A DNA stretch of 64,000 nt from Verrucomicrobiota bacterium (GTDB lineage Bacteria; Verrucomicrobiota; Verrucomicrobiia; Opitutales; Cerasicoccaceae): assembly GCA_039818205.1 (NCBI GenBank), contig JBCBUK010000001.1, positions 512,001 through 576,000 of the forward strand. Reading direction: 5' to 3'. This document shows positions 60,725-64,000 of the stretch, piece by piece (positions within the stretch are counted from its first letter, which is position 1; each line of letters opens with the position of its first letter). A program made the translations under genes and the position numbers. The notes under the pieces were generated by a model. That model did no database searches, was not told the DNA's origin, and was given only the letters and a program-made list of their open reading frames with translations.

Positions 60725-62563
60725 TTAGCGGGCGAATTTCTGGTAACGCTCCGTATCCTGCGCCATGGTCTGTGGTGGACGACGGCCGTAGTCCGGATCA
60801 AATCGGGGAATATTCATTCCTTCAGCACTTTGCCAACCGTCCTCCGGCTCGTAGGCAATGTAAACGTAGTAAGGCGTCGACTGCTCGGTTTCTCCAACGA
60901 ACAATGGCGCAAACCGAAGGATGCCTTTATCCAAATGCGTGCGGAAGGTAACCTCGCTTGCATTCGCTGAAATAGGCTTCGATTGCTTGTCGCCTTCCAA
61001 ATTCAGGTGTGCAGTGTGGAAGTCAAACCCGGTGTAGCCATTGGCGTCATTGATCGCCAAATCGGTTTCAACCGGCCATCGGCGAAGCGAAATTTCATAC
61101 TCGCCCGCACGATCAACCTCGAGTTGCCACTCGGCGGGCTTCGCAAAAGCTCCCCACATCACATACGGCTGATTCCACGGCACCTCTTCAACGAGCCAGT
61201 CATGGGAGTTTAGCGCAACAACCGGAGCCTCTTTTGAACCGACAACGATATAACTCGTCAAATCGTGTTCTTGCGAGACATCATCCCAGAACAGATCGTA
61301 TTCAGCACGCAGGTGAGCCACGACCTCCGGATACTGTTGGCTCAGATCTTTCTGCTGACCGGGGTCAGCCAAGATGTCAAAGAGCGCTTTTCCATCGATT
61401 AGACGCCAACGGTCTGTCATGACGGCCGACATGCGCCATTTCACTGGATCGACCACCCGCTGAGATTCAACGATCAAGGTGCGATCTGGCCAGTCCGGAT
61501 CGTCGCCGTAGATTAGCGGCTTCAAGCTTCGACCATCAAATTCGATCGATGGCGCATCCAACTCACACAGCTCGATAAGAGTCGGCAAAATATCCATGTG
61601 GACGGTTAAGCGATCGATCTTCTTGCCTGCCGGAATGTTACCGCTGGGCCAGCGCATGATGAATGGAACCCGATGGCCGCCGTCATATTGCGACCCCTTC
61701 GAACCGCGCATACCGGCATTGAATCCGTTCCCGCCCCAAGTACCCGCAGAGGTTCCGTTATCGGTCGTGTAGATCAAAATCGTGTTATCACGAATTCCCT
61801 CCTCATCGATGGTTTTGACCAACCGAGCCATGTTATCATCAATGTTGGTGATCATGCCGTAGAACTCAGCTTGAGGAACGCCCGGCTTACCCGTGTAGAT
61901 ATCGGCGTATTCGGACGGACAGTAAAATGGACCATGCGGTGCATTCGGCGAAATGTAGGCGAGAAACGGCTTTCCGGCCTCGGCATTTTTACGAATGAAT
62001 GTGAGCGCTTCATCAAACCAAACGTCAGTGCAGAAGCCTTCAAACCGCTCAAATTTTCCGTTTTTGATGTAAGTATCATCGAAGTAATCATTACCCCAAT
62101 AATCCGGCGCCTGCGCGATGCCACCAGCGCCGTGATAAACCACGTGCTGAAAACCCCGATCCTCTGGCCGGTATGGATAGTTGTCGCCCAGGTGCCACTT
62201 ACCAAAGAGACCGGTCACATAGCCATTGTCCGCAAAAATATCGGCCATCGTAATTTCCCGGCTTCGCAAGAAGTTGCGACCTTGAATTGTGTGCCAGACA
62301 CCAACGCGGTTGGAATAGCGCCCAGTCAACAGAGCCGACCGTGTTGGTGCGCAGGTAGGATCTACATGATAGTTTTCGAGATGAATACTTTCTTCACTTA
62401 GCCGGTCAATATTGGGCGTTTTGATATTCGCATTACCGTTGAAGCCGAGGTCACCATAGCCTTGGTCATCGGTGATAACGATAACCACATTCGGCTTACT
62501 CGCGGCTAAACCAGAGCTGAGGCCCCATGCCAAACATAGGAAAAGGAAAAGCAATTTCTTCAT
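60725..62563 (-). CDS. Arylsulfatase S1 (Cys-type), secreted
   Basis: [41 protein letters not shown]. Start reassigned to ATG 62563 (MKKLLFLF). Confidence 0.93.
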   Translation of the reverse strand: MKKLLFLFLCLAWGLSSGLAASKPNVVIVITDDQGYGDLGFNGNANIKTPNIDRLSEESIHLENYHVDPTCAPTRSALLTGRYSNRVGVWHTIQGRNFLRSREITMADIFADNGYVTGLFGKWHLGDNYPYRPEDRGFQHVVYHGAGGIAQAPDYWGNDYFDDTYIKNGKFERFEGFCTDVWFDEALTFIRKNAEAGKPFLAYISPNAPHGPFYCPSEYADIYTGKPGVPQAEFYGMITNIDDNMARLVKTIDEEGIRDNTILIYTTDNGTSAGTWGGNGFNAGMRGSKGSQYDGGHRVPFIMRWPSGNIPAGKKIDRLTVHMDILPTLIELCELDAPSIEFDGRSLKPLIYGDDPDWPDRTLIVESQRVVDPVKWRMSAVMTDRWRLIDGKALFDILADPGQQKDLSQQYPEVVAHLRAEYDLFWDDVSQEHDLTSYIVVGSKEAPVVALNSHDWLVEEVPWNQPYVMWGAFAKPAEWQLEVDRAGEYEISLRRWPVETDLAINDANGYTGFDFHTAHLNLEGDKQSKPISANASEVTFRTHLDKGILRFAPLFVGETEQSTPYYVYIAYEPEDGWQSAEGMNIPRFDPDYGRRPPQTMAQDTERYQKFAR

Positions 62564-62732
62564 AAACGGCAACATCGATAAGGTTACAGAGACTGGTGGG
62601 CCCAGCAATCCGGAGCACACGCCAATCACTTTAAAAGGACCGGCAAAACCACAGATTAGTTCAAAAGAATCCGCGGATTCAACGTCCAATGCAAAACGCC
62701 CTTAAACCGGGCCAGCAGAATCAAGGCACATG

Positions 62733-64000
62733 CTAGCGTGGGTCAGGTACCGCATCCTTGAACGCCACCCGGATCGGGTAGGCATAGTCAAAGCCCGGTT
62801 TTCGTGGCATCTCAATCGACATACCTCGAGAGGTTTCTTTCCATTCGAGGTCTTCGCCGGTGCCTAAAAAGGTGACCGATTCAATTCCACTCAGATCAAC
62901 ATCCTCGAACGTTTCCACCACCAAGCGGCTGCCCGGCCATCCCATCGGAATGACATATAGCGTCCGATTATCTTTGCTGCGCGTGAATCGAATATCTTTT
63001 GCCGAGTATTCCAGGCGCAGAAACTCCTTGCGATCGCGGAAGCCACCTTCGGGCTCAATCACGGGACCTTCGCCAGCAACAACCCACGGACGGGTTTCAT
63101 AGATCGACTCGCCGTTGATCGTCAGCCAATTGCCCAAGCCCTGCAAAACTTCCCGCTGATCGTCAGGAATAACGCCGTCAGAGCGCGGCGACAAGTTAAG
63201 CAGAACAACACCATTCTTCGAAACCGTGTCGATGAGCGCGTGCAACACTTTGTCGGTCGGTTTGATCCGGAGATTTTCGGTATAGCACCAACTACCGGTG
63301 CTAATCGTATCATCCGTCATCCAAAGCGCTTCCTCAATATCGGGTTCACGGGCTTTCTCGTGATCGTTCATTGAGAAGGTTAACGGCAGGTCATTTTGCT
63401 TTCGAATGATCACTACATCGCGTCCCCACTTATCGGCTTCGTTCAAATAATACGCGGAGAAACTTTTGCGGTAGTCTTCTGGAATGCGATCAAGCCAACT
63501 ATCAAACCAGACGATATCAGGCTGATACTTGTCCACTACCTCAACGATCTTACCCATCCACATGCGCTCCAACCATTCGCTCTCGGGCATATTGCCATAC
63601 AGCAAACGCAACTCGGGATCATCGGAGGCTGGCGGCCAATTAGGGTTGTAATTGTAGTAGTGGCTATCCCCGTCATTTCGATTTCCAAGGTTCCGAGCGT
63701 GGTGAAAAGTCGCGATCGTCTTCATGTCGCGCTTACGCAGCTCTTCAAAAAGTTCTCCAAGTATATCGCGCTTGGGGCCGGTGTCCTTGGAGTTCCAGGG
63801 GGTCAGCTCGGAGTCCCACATGGCATAACCGTCGTGGTGCTCGGCCACGGGTCCGGCAAATCGGGCTCCCGACTGATGAAAGAGCTCTGCCCAGTCTTCC
63901 GGATCATAGTGCTCCGCAGTAAACATCGGCACGAAGTCATGATACCCAAAATCCGCTGGGTCGCCATACTTGCGGGCGTGGTGGTGATACTCGCGATGCC
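62733..64000 (-). CDS. GH29 alpha-L-fucosidase family (possibly alpha-L-galactosidase here); 5' end outside the window
   Basis: The frame is open to the edge (YGDPADFGYHDFVPMF). Motifs VAEHHDGYAMWDS, nucleophile PDIVWFD, VSKNGVVLLN, WLTINGESIYETRPW. Confidence 0.92.
   Translation of the reverse strand, partial: HREYHHHARKYGDPADFGYHDFVPMFTAEHYDPEDWAELFHQSGARFAGPVAEHHDGYAMWDSELTPWNSKDTGPKRDILGELFEELRKRDMKTIATFHHARNLGNRNDGDSHYYNYNPNWPPASDDPELRLLYGNMPESEWLERMWMGKIVEVVDKYQPDIVWFDSWLDRIPEDYRKSFSAYYLNEADKWGRDVVIIRKQNDLPLTFSMNDHEKAREPDIEEALWMTDDTISTGSWCYTENLRIKPTDKVLHALIDTVSKNGVVLLNLSPRSDGVIPDDQREVLQGLGNWLTINGESIYETRPWVVAGEGPVIEPEGGFRDRKEFLRLEYSAKDIRFTRSKDNRTLYVIPMGWPGSRLVVETFEDVDLSGIESVTFLGTGEDLEWKETSRGMSIEMPRKPGFDYAYPIRVAFKDAVPDPR

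Noticed and set aside
52622..62401. Long plus-strand ORFs 52622..53341, 53729..54322 and 61673..62401
   Set aside because: Antisense shadows of sulfatase genes.
1..64000. CRISPR arrays, tRNA/rRNA, transposases, integrases, prophage or defence genes
   Set aside because: No regularly spaced repeats or relevant protein motifs seen. Intergenic gaps are short and nearly all long ORFs are accounted for.

Overview
Gene-dense window that looks like a marine Verrucomicrobiota (Opitutales-like) genome. This is inferred from two PEP-CTERM proteins, a Verru_Chthon-A/PilX-like giant protein, XylR-type regulators and eight Cys-type sulfatases. Most of the window is a large red-algal galactan (agar/porphyran) utilisation region with no SusC/SusD or TonB-dependent receptor in the window. 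It encodes GH50, GH86, GH117, GH2, GH29, eight S1 sulfatases, a GPH sugar symporter, a TRAP/KduI/BNR-4/DUF4861 uronate module, two DUF1080 proteins, a DUF1800/DUF1501 pair and five regulatory systems. The standout is a separate, AraC-associated operon at 651-7931. Its first gene is a three-part fusion of a MocD-type di-iron membrane oxygenase, a MocE-type Rieske ferredoxin and an NqrF/FNR-type reductase. It is followed by an aldo-keto reductase, a deacetylase, a MocA-like dehydrogenase, a MocC-like TIM barrel and an MFS transporter. I propose this is a self-sufficient, non-P450 sugar/cyclitol O-demethylation pathway (inference). Other oddities: a GPH transporter with a duplicated 64-aa loop insert, a tandem double-XylR regulator, and an unnamed beta-sandwich domain shared by a PEP-CTERM protein and the DUF1800 protein. 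No rRNA, tRNA, CRISPR array or mobile element was recognised. All family assignments come from motif recognition by eye, not from database searches.
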